Source: Micavibrio sp. (GTDB lineage Bacteria > Pseudomonadota > Alphaproteobacteria > Micavibrionales > UBA9664). Taken from it: DNA of 64,000 nucleotides. Positions 1 to 8,716 of this stretch are shown here, in pieces. The DNA lies in assembly GCA_002699085.1 (NCBI GenBank), contig PAAR01000028.1, forward strand, positions 161,105 through 225,104. The letters are read 5' to 3'. Each line of letters opens with the position of its first letter. Within the stretch, counting starts at the first letter, position 1. The translations under genes and the position numbers were made by a program. A model generated the notes under the pieces. It made no database searches, was not told where the DNA came from, and saw nothing but the letters and a program-made list of their open reading frames with translations.

Positions 1-89
1 GCATAAGCGTCTGCATTAGGCGTGGGGTTGCTTGCATTACCAGTTGCTTGAACTTGTGTGCTCGCTGCAATAATCGGTGCGGTTGTCAT
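1..89 (-). CDS. 5' end of an ORF that runs off the window edge (MTTAPIIAASTQVQATGNASNPTPNADAY...); product unknown
   Basis: ATG at 89..87, read by hand from the reverse complement. Same strand as the FlgN-like gene and 37 nt downstream of it. Only 29 codons are visible. Confidence 0.3.
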   Translation of the reverse strand, partial: MTTAPIIAASTQVQATGNASNPTPNADAY

Positions 90-126
90 AGATCGTGTCT
101 TTCTTTAATAGGGTGTTCTTTTTATC

Positions 127-645
127 TTAGTACGCCGCATCACCAAGATTAGTATTATTGTTTTGGCTGGCGTTTAAATAGCCTTTGGCATTATACGTTG
201 TAGATTTTGGTTTAATCTGATCTTGCACGGTGCGCGTAATGCGTGCTGCCATACGTTTTGCAGAGATCGAAATGCTTTGTAAAAAGAAGTGGTTGCGTTT
301 CAATGTTGCTTGTAAATGATCGCCACGTTCTAGCAGATTTTCTTTTAAAACATCATTGTCTAATGCTTTGAAAATGTGGCGTTTAGAGGCAATGTTACGC
401 AATGTTGCTTCATAGGTTCTGACAAGCTCTTCTTTACGTGAGAGACTTTCTGCGACATCTATGTAACGACCTTCTTTTAGAAGCTTATTTTCTTCTCTGA
501 GCAGAATCTCTAGTTTTTCAATAATACTTAATAGCTCATAGGCCATTTCTTTAGCCTGCTTTTTAGCGGCGTCTGTTTCATAATCGGCAGGACGCATGAT
601 CGGCTTTGCAGTGGCTTCTCTATCTTTTAAGGCTGTCTGTGTCAT
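127..645 (-). CDS. Coiled-coil flagellar protein, FlgN/FlbY-like (putative export chaperone)
   Basis: 172 aa, helical and charged. It is the last gene of the flgI-flgJ operon, the position of flbY in the Caulobacter flgI-cheL-flbY operon. No diagnostic motif recognised. Confidence 0.45.
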   Translation of the reverse strand: MTQTALKDREATAKPIMRPADYETDAAKKQAKEMAYELLSIIEKLEILLREENKLLKEGRYIDVAESLSRKEELVRTYEATLRNIASKRHIFKALDNDVLKENLLERGDHLQATLKRNHFFLQSISISAKRMAARITRTVQDQIKPKSTTYNAKGYLNASQNNNTNLGDAAY

Positions 646-666
646 CTTCTTTTCCTATCCGTTAAG

Positions 667-1083
667 TTATTCGCTTGCTTGTTGTTGGGCTTGTCGCTCT
701 TTCATTGCTAATTGAGCAGATTGCAGTTCAATCAAGTTTGCCCTTATATCCTTTGCAAGTCCTATGCCGCCTTTATCAGCAAGACCATCGGCATATTCTT
801 TGACCATAAGGCTCTTATAAATGCTGTTGGCTGATTTCTCTTCACCATCTAAGCCACCACCCATCGTGATGCCTTCAAACATATGGCCGAGCATTTCTGA
901 TAAGAAAACGGCTTCATATTCCTTGGCAGACTTATCAATCTTGGCGAGTGTTTTCTCATCTAATGTGCTGGCTTTGTTTTCAATGCTCAAATCTTTGTAC
1001 TGTCCTGCAAGGGCGGTATTTCTTGCCTGTGCATTGGCTGTAAAGTAAGCACTTTGTAAAGCTGTTGCGCCGATATCAGTCAT
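667..1083 (-). CDS. flgJ: Flagellar rod-binding protein (FlgJ N-terminal domain only, CheL-like; no muramidase domain)
   Basis: Rod_binding signature SAKEYEAVFLSEMLGHMFEG. Lies 2 nt downstream of flgI. Confidence 0.8.
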   Translation of the reverse strand: MTDIGATALQSAYFTANAQARNTALAGQYKDLSIENKASTLDEKTLAKIDKSAKEYEAVFLSEMLGHMFEGITMGGGLDGEEKSANSIYKSLMVKEYADGLADKGGIGLAKDIRANLIELQSAQLAMKERQAQQQASE

Positions 1084-1085
1084 AA

Positions 1086-2282
1086 TTACATTACCTCGAT
1101 TTCAGCTTGTAACGCACCAGCCGCTTTGATGGCTTGCAAGATAGTGATGATGTCGCGTGGGCCTACACCTAAAGAGTTCAAGCCACCAACTAAGTCTTGT
1201 AGCGTGACAGTTCTTTCTAGGATGCCTAATTGACGGCCATCTGCATCTTCAATTTCGACAGATGTTCTTGGTACCACAGCTGTTTCACCAACATTAGCAA
1301 AAGGTGATGGTTGAGATACTTGTGGGGTTTCAGTAATACGGATTGTTAAGTTACCTTGAGCAATCGCCACCGTATCAATTTTCACTTCAGAGCCCATTAC
1401 AATAACACCTGAACGTTCATCAATGATGACACGGGCGATTTGATCTGGGCGTATGCTGAATTGTTCTACATCTGTCATAAGATCAACGATATTGCCTTTA
1501 TAACCTTCAGCAGGCAGTGATAAGCTTACACTTGCAGAATTTTCTACGACTGCTACAGGTAGCTTCATTTCAGTATTGATACGTTGAGCGATACGACGGG
1601 CTGTTGTTAGATCTGGGTTACGCAGTGCTAAGCGTACTGTTTTAAGGTCGGCCAATTTAAACTCAATTTCACGTTCAATAATTGCACCATTAGCAATACG
1701 ACCAGCTGTGGGCGTGTTTTGTGTCACACCACCACCAGCAGCTCCACCCGCTGAGAAACCAGCAATAGCCACAGGGCCTTGAGCAACGGCATAAACTTCA
1801 CCATCAGCACCCATCATCGGTGTTACAAGTAATGTACCGCCTTGAAGTGATTGTGTGTCACCAAGTGCCGATACGCTGACATCGATTTTACTACCTTGAT
1901 TAGAAAAGGCTGGCAGGGTTGCTGTCACCATAACGGCGGCAACGTTACCTGTTTTAAGAGATTGGCCACGGACATTGACGCCTAAACGGTCAAGCATGGC
2001 GATTAAACTTTGTTCAGTAAATGGGCTTTTCCTTAAACTATCACCTGTGCCGTTTAAGCCAACAACAAGACCATAACCGATTAATTGGTTATCACGAATG
2101 CCTTCAAAACTGACAATATCTTTGATACGCGCAAGGTCGCCTTGTGCTTTGGCTGGAATGGCCATCATACATAAGATGGCGAAGGGGATCACAAGTGCTA
2201 GAAGTAGTTTTGTACCTCTAATAAAGCGTTCTGAGAGTAAATTTGCGACTGAAGCCTCAATTTTTGCTGTTCTGTCTTTCAT
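1086..2282 (-). CDS. flgI: Flagellar P-ring protein FlgI
   Basis: Signal peptide followed by RIKDIVSFEGIRDNQLIGYGLVVGLNGTGD. Full-length similarity to the FlgI family. Confidence 0.97.
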   Translation of the reverse strand: MKDRTAKIEASVANLLSERFIRGTKLLLALVIPFAILCMMAIPAKAQGDLARIKDIVSFEGIRDNQLIGYGLVVGLNGTGDSLRKSPFTEQSLIAMLDRLGVNVRGQSLKTGNVAAVMVTATLPAFSNQGSKIDVSVSALGDTQSLQGGTLLVTPMMGADGEVYAVAQGPVAIAGFSAGGAAGGGVTQNTPTAGRIANGAIIEREIEFKLADLKTVRLALRNPDLTTARRIAQRINTEMKLPVAVVENSASVSLSLPAEGYKGNIVDLMTDVEQFSIRPDQIARVIIDERSGVIVMGSEVKIDTVAIAQGNLTIRITETPQVSQPSPFANVGETAVVPRTSVEIEDADGRQLGILERTVTLQDLVGGLNSLGVGPRDIITILQAIKAAGALQAEIEVM

Positions 2283-2328
2283 AATTTGCCTGCCCTTTAA
2301 CAGTTATTCTAATATTCGTAAGGATATA

Positions 2329-2344
2329 TGCGAGAAGCGTGCCA
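2329..2344 (-). promoter_or_regulatory. sigma54 -24/-12 promoter of the flgI operon
   Basis: The minus strand reads TGGCACGCTTCTCGCA against the consensus TGGCACG-N4-TTGCW. It sits 46 nt upstream of the flgI ATG. Confidence 0.7.
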
Positions 2345-2436
2345 AGTTTTGGGATGCTTTCTATTTATTTTGGTAAATGGGCTAGGCAATTCTTTCCCAT
2401 TGGAATGCAGGGGCATAATGTTGTATAATAAAAATT

Positions 2437-2913
2437 ATGAAAGTTACTGGTCCAAAAGATACCAAGTCTACAAGCAAAACAGCTAAAACTGGCAAGTCTT
2501 CTTCTGCGTCAAAACAAGCAGGTGCGTCAGGTGCTAGTTTCGGTTCATTCTTAGTTGATACAGCTTCTGAGGCTGAAGGTAATGCTGCTGCTAAAAGCAT
2601 TTCTCGTCTTGAAGGGTTGATTTCTATACAGGCGGAGCAAGATCCTGCTGAAAAAGGACGTCAGAGTCGCATGCGCCAGCGTGCACATGACTTACTCGAC
2701 TCTTTAGAAAGTATTAAAATGGCGCTGCTCAATGGTAATCTACGCGTATCGCATTTGGAGAATATTACCAATATTGTTGCCGGCAATCGTGAACGCATTG
2801 ATGACCCAGAACTTACTTATTTATTAGATGAGATTGATTTGCGCGCACAAGTAGAGTTAGCAAAGTTAGAGGCTGCAAAGCAGGCTGTACTTAAACAAAT
2901 GAGCTTAGCATAG
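2437..2913 (+). CDS. fliX: Class II flagellar assembly regulator FliX
   Basis: MKVTGP start, low-complexity N-terminus, and conserved C-terminus LLDSLESIKMALLNGNL...DDPEL..LLDEIDLRAQVELAKLEAAK. Divergent from flgI, as in Caulobacter. Confidence 0.8.
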   Translation: MKVTGPKDTKSTSKTAKTGKSSSASKQAGASGASFGSFLVDTASEAEGNAAAKSISRLEGLISIQAEQDPAEKGRQSRMRQRAHDLLDSLESIKMALLNGNLRVSHLENITNIVAGNRERIDDPELTYLLDEIDLRAQVELAKLEAAKQAVLKQMSLA

Positions 2914-2932
2914 AGAAGTTTTATAAATAATC

Positions 2933-2961
2933 TTGCCTTTAAAGCAATCTGCTTTTATATT
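2933..2961 (+). promoter_or_regulatory. sigma70-like promoter candidate for dksA (TTGCCT-N17-TATATT)
   Basis: -35 at 2933..2938 and -10 at 2956..2961, about 47 nt upstream of the dksA ATG. Confidence 0.35.
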
Positions 2962-3008
2962 CCCCTATCTTACAAAATAAAAAGAGAACATACAGGACGA
3001 AACGATAA

Positions 3009-3446
3009 ATGGCAGATTTAGATTCTATAACGATTGCACCGGAATATGACCCTAGAGAAGATAAGGGCGAATTCATGAACCCAACCATGTTGGCTTATTT
3101 TAAGCGTGAGCTACTAAAATGGCGTTCTGATTTGCTTAAAGGCTCTTCGGATACAGTGGCAAAGACGCTTCAATCAACTGAATTACAAAAGCCAGATTTA
3201 ACAGATCGTGCGTCTGAAGAAACAGATCATGCGCTAGAGCTACGTACCCGTGACCGTGAGCGCAAGCTTATTAACAAAATTAATAAGGCATTAAAGCGTA
3301 TTGATGACGAAGATTATGGCTATTGTGAAGAAACAGGCGAGCCAATTAATGTTGGCCGTTTGATGGCCCGTCCAATAGCGACATTAAGTCTAGAGGCACA
3401 AGAGCGTCACGAGCGTAAAGAACGCACAATGCGCGACGAAGGCTAA
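3009..3446 (+). CDS. dksA: RNA polymerase-binding transcription factor DksA (single-Cys, alphaproteobacterial type)
   Basis: Coiled-coil DxxDxA region (DRASEETDHALE) and C-terminal YGYCEETGEPINVGRLMARPIATLSLEAQERHE. Confidence 0.9.
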   Translation: MADLDSITIAPEYDPREDKGEFMNPTMLAYFKRELLKWRSDLLKGSSDTVAKTLQSTELQKPDLTDRASEETDHALELRTRDRERKLINKINKALKRIDDEDYGYCEETGEPINVGRLMARPIATLSLEAQERHERKERTMRDEG

Positions 3447-3476
3447 TTAATTCAAAAACTATTCAGTAAAAAAAAA

Positions 3477-3509
3477 CGGCTGCTTTTTAAGGCAGCCGTA
3501 TTAGTTTTT
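3477..3509. terminator. Bidirectional rho-independent terminator between convergent dksA and flgH
   Basis: Stem CGGCTGC (3477..3483) pairs with GCAGCCG (3492..3498). An A9 run lies upstream and TATTAGTTTTT downstream, so either strand reads hairpin plus U-tract. Confidence 0.75.
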
Positions 3510-3576
3510 GGTAAAGGATTCCTGTTAAGAGAAGCGGGTTTTCTTATTATTCGTGCTTCGTCTTTTTCTTTAATTA

Positions 3577-4323
3577 TTAGAATGGGTAGATAATATCATA
3601 GAGCTGTTGGCCATATCTTGGTTGTTGCGCGTCTGTGATTTGGCCTTCGCCACCGTAGACAATACGCGCCTGAGCCACTTTGTCATATGGGATGGTGTTA
3701 TCAACAGAGATGTCTTCTGGGCGGATTACACCATCAATCTGAATAATACGCTTTTCAAAGTTTACGAGTAACTCCTGACGACCATGAATGATCAGGTTAC
3801 CATTTGGTAATTTTTGACTAACCATGGCAGCAAGGGTTACAGACACTTCTTCTTTTCGTTCGATCTGTCCATCACCTTTATAAGTAGAGTCAGAGCCAAG
3901 ATCAGCAAGACTTGCAGGATTAGCCGCGTCAGGTAGTATTTTGCCTAAATAGCTTTCATATCCAAGAAGTGCTGGTAATTGAGCGCCTTCAGAAGATGAG
4001 CGTGAGCGGTCTGTACTATTTTCAAGTTTACCTTCTTCATCAATTTCAATTACAACGGTTAAAATATCACCAATTTTATTGGCACGTTGATCTTCAAAAA
4101 AGGTTGTGCGGCTGGCTGTCCACAAGGAATTGGGTGTTTTGACGCTTTGAACAACTTCAGGTTGTGGTAAAGAGATCATTTCTTGTGACTTCGCCATTTC
4201 ACGATCTGCAATAGGTGACATGTCTGGGGCTTTCCCGATGCGAGCGATACGATCACTAGCACCGCAGGCAGATAGTGCCATTATTAGGCCTAGTCCTAGA
4301 GCTGTTTTTGTTAATTTTCTCAT
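3577..4323 (-). CDS. flgH: Flagellar L-ring lipoprotein FlgH
   Basis: Lipobox LSAC and the conserved FlgH core (IGDILTVVI..., YGGEGQ). Confidence 0.95.
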   Translation of the reverse strand: MRKLTKTALGLGLIMALSACGASDRIARIGKAPDMSPIADREMAKSQEMISLPQPEVVQSVKTPNSLWTASRTTFFEDQRANKIGDILTVVIEIDEEGKLENSTDRSRSSSEGAQLPALLGYESYLGKILPDAANPASLADLGSDSTYKGDGQIERKEEVSVTLAAMVSQKLPNGNLIIHGRQELLVNFEKRIIQIDGVIRPEDISVDNTIPYDKVAQARIVYGGEGQITDAQQPRYGQQLYDIIYPF

Positions 4324-4365
4324 GAGTTATACTCCTTTATCCAATATTTCTTTGTCTGCTTTTAT

Positions 4366-5346
4366 TTATTGGGCCATCACAGTGACAGTACCCTCAGCGG
4401 TTACATAAGTGTCGATAATACGGTTGCTTGATAAGTTAACGACAGGGATGATATCGCCTTTTGCGCCGTCTTCTAAGGCTTTACCAACGGTAATTAATTC
4501 CATACCGTTATGGTTTAGTTTCATGGTTACTTTTTCACCACGTTTTACGACCTTTGGCATATCAACATCTGATAATTTGGCAATTTGGCCTGGGGCAAGA
4601 TAACGGCGTGGTGTTTTGCCGACCAGCTCATCAGCATGAATAATCATATCTGAAGTGATTTTGTTTTGAGCGATCAGTACCATTTCGATATCTGATTTGC
4701 GAATGACTTCATCACGGCCAATTTTACGTGTGACCACTGGGATCTGCACCATATATTCTAAAGACCCCATCACATTAACACGAGCGGGCGTTTTGTTTGC
4801 AGAAGGTAAGACAACGGTTGCACGGAATTGATTGTCATTATCTACACTGACTTTTTCGACACGTGGTTGAACATCGCTAATACCTGGCAAAATAACATCT
4901 TGCAAAAGATTAGTTACTTCAACTTTGTAGCTTTCATCGTATCCTTGCTCAACGAGTGCTTTGTTGACAGCATTGCGAATATCATCAGCGGTTACAACAG
5001 TTGCGGAACGTGTCACAACAACTTGTTCGTAATTACTGGCTGGCTGCCAATCAAGACGAAACGCTTTTGATAGTTTTTGTAAAGCATGTGCATTGATAAC
5101 GATATTTTTGCCAGGTTTTGGTGAAGGGCCGAGAATATAATTCACATTACGTTGATCCTCTATCCCGTCAAAAATGTCGCCTAGCGTTATATGTTCTGCA
5201 TCAACACTGACTTCGCCTTTTAAAATAGCAGCGTTAGCAATAGAGGATACGTAAACAGCCATGGAAAAAGAGAGAGCAGCTGTCGCCAAAGCAATCCGTA
5301 CGACATTTGATGCTGTGTTTTTAAGTGTTTCTAATCTGCTTTTCAT
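4366..5346 (-). CDS. flgA: Flagellar P-ring assembly chaperone FlgA
   Basis: Signal peptide and a SAF-like C-terminal half (KRGEKVTMKL...GDIIPVVNLSSNRII). Sits between flgG and flgH. Confidence 0.8.
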   Translation of the reverse strand: MKSRLETLKNTASNVVRIALATAALSFSMAVYVSSIANAAILKGEVSVDAEHITLGDIFDGIEDQRNVNYILGPSPKPGKNIVINAHALQKLSKAFRLDWQPASNYEQVVVTRSATVVTADDIRNAVNKALVEQGYDESYKVEVTNLLQDVILPGISDVQPRVEKVSVDNDNQFRATVVLPSANKTPARVNVMGSLEYMVQIPVVTRKIGRDEVIRKSDIEMVLIAQNKITSDMIIHADELVGKTPRRYLAPGQIAKLSDVDMPKVVKRGEKVTMKLNHNGMELITVGKALEDGAKGDIIPVVNLSSNRIIDTYVTAEGTVTVMAQ

Positions 5347-5393
5347 GGTCTTACTCCTTTATCCTTTGCCTAACATGCGTCTCAAGTTTTCAC

Positions 5394-6179
5394 TTATCTC
5401 AAGTTAGTGGTTGATTGTAGAATCTCGTCAGACGCTTGTACGACTTGCGAGTTCAGTTCATAAGAACGTTGTGCTGTGATTAAGCTTGTAATCTCTTCAA
5501 CTGCATTGACGTTCGATGTTTCAAGTAAACCTTGCTCGATACGACCATAAGCGTCTTCAGCAGGGTTACCAATGACAGGTGCATTTGATGCTTCTGTCTC
5601 TAAATACATGTTATTACCAATTGCTTCTAAACCAGCTTTGTTCGGGAACATGGCTAGTTGAATCTGGCCAAGATTTGTAAAGTCTGGCTGGCCTGGTACA
5701 CGGGCTAATACTTCACCGCTGGCGTTAATAACAACTTCTGAAGCATCATCTGGTACAGCAATAGCTGGCTGAACAACGAAACCTTGAGCCGTTACAATTT
5801 CACCGTCTTGGTTGAGTTGGAATGAACCATCTCTTGTGTATCCAGTCTCACCACTTGGCAAGTCAATTTGGAAATAACCTTCGCCAGTGATCGCAAGATC
5901 AAAAGGGCTGTCTGTTACAACAAGTGATCCTTGTGTATGTAGGCGGTGAATAGCACCAGTTTTAACACCAAGACCAACTTGGATACCTGCGGGGACAATC
6001 GTTCCAACATCAGAAGATGTTGCACCTGGGCGCTCAATGTTCTGGTATAGAAGGTCTTGGAACTGCGCACGTTGACGCTTATAGCCTGTTGTCGTCATAT
6101 TGGCGATGTTGTTTGAAATGACATCTACGTTTAGTTGTTGCGCTTGCATACCTGATGCGCCGATATTAAGTGATAACAT
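5394..6179 (-). CDS. flgG: Flagellar distal rod protein FlgG
   Basis: MLSLNIGASGMQAQQLNVDVISNNIANMTTTGYK N-terminus and VNAVEEITSLITAQRSYELNSQV C-terminus. Confidence 0.95.
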   Translation of the reverse strand: MLSLNIGASGMQAQQLNVDVISNNIANMTTTGYKRQRAQFQDLLYQNIERPGATSSDVGTIVPAGIQVGLGVKTGAIHRLHTQGSLVVTDSPFDLAITGEGYFQIDLPSGETGYTRDGSFQLNQDGEIVTAQGFVVQPAIAVPDDASEVVINASGEVLARVPGQPDFTNLGQIQLAMFPNKAGLEAIGNNMYLETEASNAPVIGNPAEDAYGRIEQGLLETSNVNAVEEITSLITAQRSYELNSQVVQASDEILQSTTNLR

Positions 6180-6210
6180 GATGATAGTCCTTTCGTTCTT
6201 TCTTTAAAAT

Positions 6211-6936
6211 TTAAGAGGCGTTACCTAATATTTTGATCGCACCACGGATGCGTTCATGTTCAAGTTTAATCATATTTTGAGCTGACTCATGGGTACGACT
6301 TAAGCTAATAAGCTGTGTCATTTCTAAAATAGGCGATACGTTAGAGCTTTCTAAACCACCTTGTATAACATTTGTTGTTGTTGATGCGGTTGGTGCTTTC
6401 TCTGATGAATACAGATTCTCACCTGTTTGTAATAAGTCTTCATAAGAGTCGAAATCGAATAGTGCGATTTGACCAACTTGATCTCCATCTGCATAAACAG
6501 CCCCATCTTTAGTTATTTTTACACTGGTCGTGTCTATAGGGACACGAATAGGGGCATTGGTTGCTGTCGTGAGTGGAAAGCCATCATGTGTAACGATTTC
6601 ACCAATTTCATTTAATTGGAATGAACCAGCACGTGTGTAGCGATCACCTTGTGGTGTTGTAACACGGAATAGCGCATCACCTTGTAAGGCGAGGTCAAAA
6701 TCATTACCCGTCATTTGAATGTCACCATTGCTGGTGTTGGTGTATTGACCGTAGTCATTAACCATGTCGAAATCATCAACTTTGCTGCGATGGTCATCAA
6801 GTAGAAATTCTTCAAACAGCATATTTTGCGCTTTAAAGCCTGTTGTATTGGCGTTTGCAATATTATTGGCAACAATATCAAGATTGCGCTGGACAGCGAT
6901 TTGACGTGAGAGGGCAATATAGGAAGCGTTTTCCAT
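6211..6936 (-). CDS. flgF: Flagellar proximal rod protein FlgF
   Basis: Rod-family N-terminus (NNIANANTTGFKA) and C-terminus (LESSNVSPILEMTQLISLSR). Lies upstream of flgG. Confidence 0.9.
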   Translation of the reverse strand: MENASYIALSRQIAVQRNLDIVANNIANANTTGFKAQNMLFEEFLLDDHRSKVDDFDMVNDYGQYTNTSNGDIQMTGNDFDLALQGDALFRVTTPQGDRYTRAGSFQLNEIGEIVTHDGFPLTTATNAPIRVPIDTTSVKITKDGAVYADGDQVGQIALFDFDSYEDLLQTGENLYSSEKAPTASTTTNVIQGGLESSNVSPILEMTQLISLSRTHESAQNMIKLEHERIRGAIKILGNAS

Positions 6937-7007
6937 TTTCTTTTATCCTTTAACCATTTGTTTGTCGTCTTAAACGTTTTTTACGTTTTTATTGTTGGGT
7001 AAGGAAT

Positions 7008-7023
7008 TGCACAGACTGTGCCA
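7008..7023 (-). promoter_or_regulatory. sigma54 -24/-12 promoter of the flgF-flgG-flgA-flgH operon
   Basis: The minus strand reads TGGCACAGTCTGTGCA. It sits 71 nt upstream of the flgF ATG. Confidence 0.7.
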
Positions 7024-7129
7024 AGTTTTATTTTATAATAAAAACAATTGGTTAGAAGTTTTTATGTTTGGGCTAGCTTTCAATCATTTCTATAATTGAC
7101 GCATAGTGCAGGGAAGAAATTGCCTGTTA

Positions 7130-8716
7130 TTAGGCTGCAAGGCCTTTTAGTGTTGCTGCATTAAATAAAGCTTTAGTGTAATCATGTTGTGGGTTTTTGA
7201 ACACATCTTCCGCATCGCCAGACTCAACGATCTCGCCGTCTTTCATCACAAGTATCGTGTGGGAGATAGCGCGTATAACACGCAGGTCGTGACTAATGAA
7301 TATATATGTCAGGTCTTTTTTGTCTTGCAGGTTACGTAGTAGATCAAGCACAGACATTTGCACAGAAACATCCAACGCTGAGGTCGGCTCGTCAAGAATG
7401 ATAAGCTCTGGTTCCATGATAAGGGCTCGGGCAATAGAGATACGTTGACGTTGCCCGCCTGAAAATTCATGCGGGTAGCGGTGACGATGTTCGGGGTCCA
7501 TTTCAACGTCTTTTAAGGCCTGACAAACACGCTGGTCAATGTCTGTCGCCGCTAAGTCTTTAAAGTGGATACGTAAACCTTCGGCAATAATATCGCCAAC
7601 AGTCATACGAGGCGAAAGAGCGCTATAGGGATCTTGGAAGACGATTTGAATTTCTTTGCGTAACGGTAAGAATTGTTTTTGAGAGAGTTGTAAGATGTCT
7701 TCATTTTTAAATTTGATCCGTCCGCTGGCATTTAGAAGTCTTAGCACAGCTAGTCCTAAAGTTGTTTTACCAGAGCCAGATTCACCGACGATACCGAGAG
7801 TTTGTTTATGTTTTACGGCAAAGGAGATATCTTTGACTGCACGGAAAACAGTCTTAGTTTTGCCAAAGAAGCTTTTAGTAAGCGGAAATTCAACGGCAAG
7901 CTTGTCAGCTTCTAGTAAAGTATGTTGTGGGGTTTCTGGCTTATCACTTCGTTTGCCAGGCTGTGCAGCCACAAGCATTTTGGTGTAAGTGGCTTTTGGT
8001 TCTGAAAAAATTGTGGTTGCTTTACCTGCTTCTTGAACGACCCCGTCTTTCATAACAATAATGTCATCGCTTATATGTTCGACTAAATTAAGATCGTGGC
8101 TAATGAACAGCATTGCCATGTTCTCAGATTTTTGAATCTCTTTGAGTAGCCTTAAGATTTCAAGCTGTACAGTCACGTCCAACGCCGTTGTAGGCTCATC
8201 TGCTATAAGTAAGGAGGGGTTGTTGGCGAGTGCCATGGCAATCATAATGCGCTGGCGTTGCCCACCCGATAGCTCGTGCGGATAGGCTTTTAAACGATCT
8301 TTTAGTCTTGGTAGCTGTACTTGGTCAAGTAATCTGCATACTTGTTTTTGAGCATCGTGTTGGCTCATGCCTTTATGAACGATCAGTTTTTCAGCGATTT
8401 GCTTTTCGATACTGTGCAATGGGTTTAATGAGGTCATCGGCTCTTGAAAAACCATGCCGATTTTTTGACCCCGTATTTGGCGTAAGTTAGTTTCATCGGC
8501 ATTCAACACATCTTGGCCGTCTAGTGTGATTTGACCTTTTACATGCGCTGTCGCAGGTAAAAGTCTTGTTATTGAAAGAGCCGTTACGGATTTCCCAGAA
8601 CCAGATTCACCAATCAATGAAAGCGTTTTACCTTTTTCCAAGGAAAAGGAAATGTCATGCACGACATCTTTTTGACCAAAGCCGATATGCAGATTTTTGA
8701 CATCTAATAAACTCAT
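7130..8716 (-). CDS. yejF: ABC transporter ATP-binding protein with two fused ABC domains (YejF-like)
   Basis: Two Walker A motifs ([16 protein letters not shown]) and two LSGGQRQR signatures. 4-nt overlap with yejE. Confidence 0.85.
   Translation of the reverse strand: MSLLDVKNLHIGFGQKDVVHDISFSLEKGKTLSLIGESGSGKSVTALSITRLLPATAHVKGQITLDGQDVLNADETNLRQIRGQKIGMVFQEPMTSLNPLHSIEKQIAEKLIVHKGMSQHDAQKQVCRLLDQVQLPRLKDRLKAYPHELSGGQRQRIMIAMALANNPSLLIADEPTTALDVTVQLEILRLLKEIQKSENMAMLFISHDLNLVEHISDDIIVMKDGVVQEAGKATTIFSEPKATYTKMLVAAQPGKRSDKPETPQHTLLEADKLAVEFPLTKSFFGKTKTVFRAVKDISFAVKHKQTLGIVGESGSGKTTLGLAVLRLLNASGRIKFKNEDILQLSQKQFLPLRKEIQIVFQDPYSALSPRMTVGDIIAEGLRIHFKDLAATDIDQRVCQALKDVEMDPEHRHRYPHEFSGGQRQRISIARALIMEPELIILDEPTSALDVSVQMSVLDLLRNLQDKKDLTYIFISHDLRVIRAISHTILVMKDGEIVESGDAEDVFKNPQHDYTKALFNAATLKGLAA

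Noticed and set aside
2401-2416. A sigma54-like TGGAATGCAGGGGCAT upstream of fliX.
   Set aside because: The GG-to-GC spacing is one nt too short (GC at positions 13-14 instead of 14-15). In Caulobacter fliX is a class II gene, not a sigma54-dependent one.
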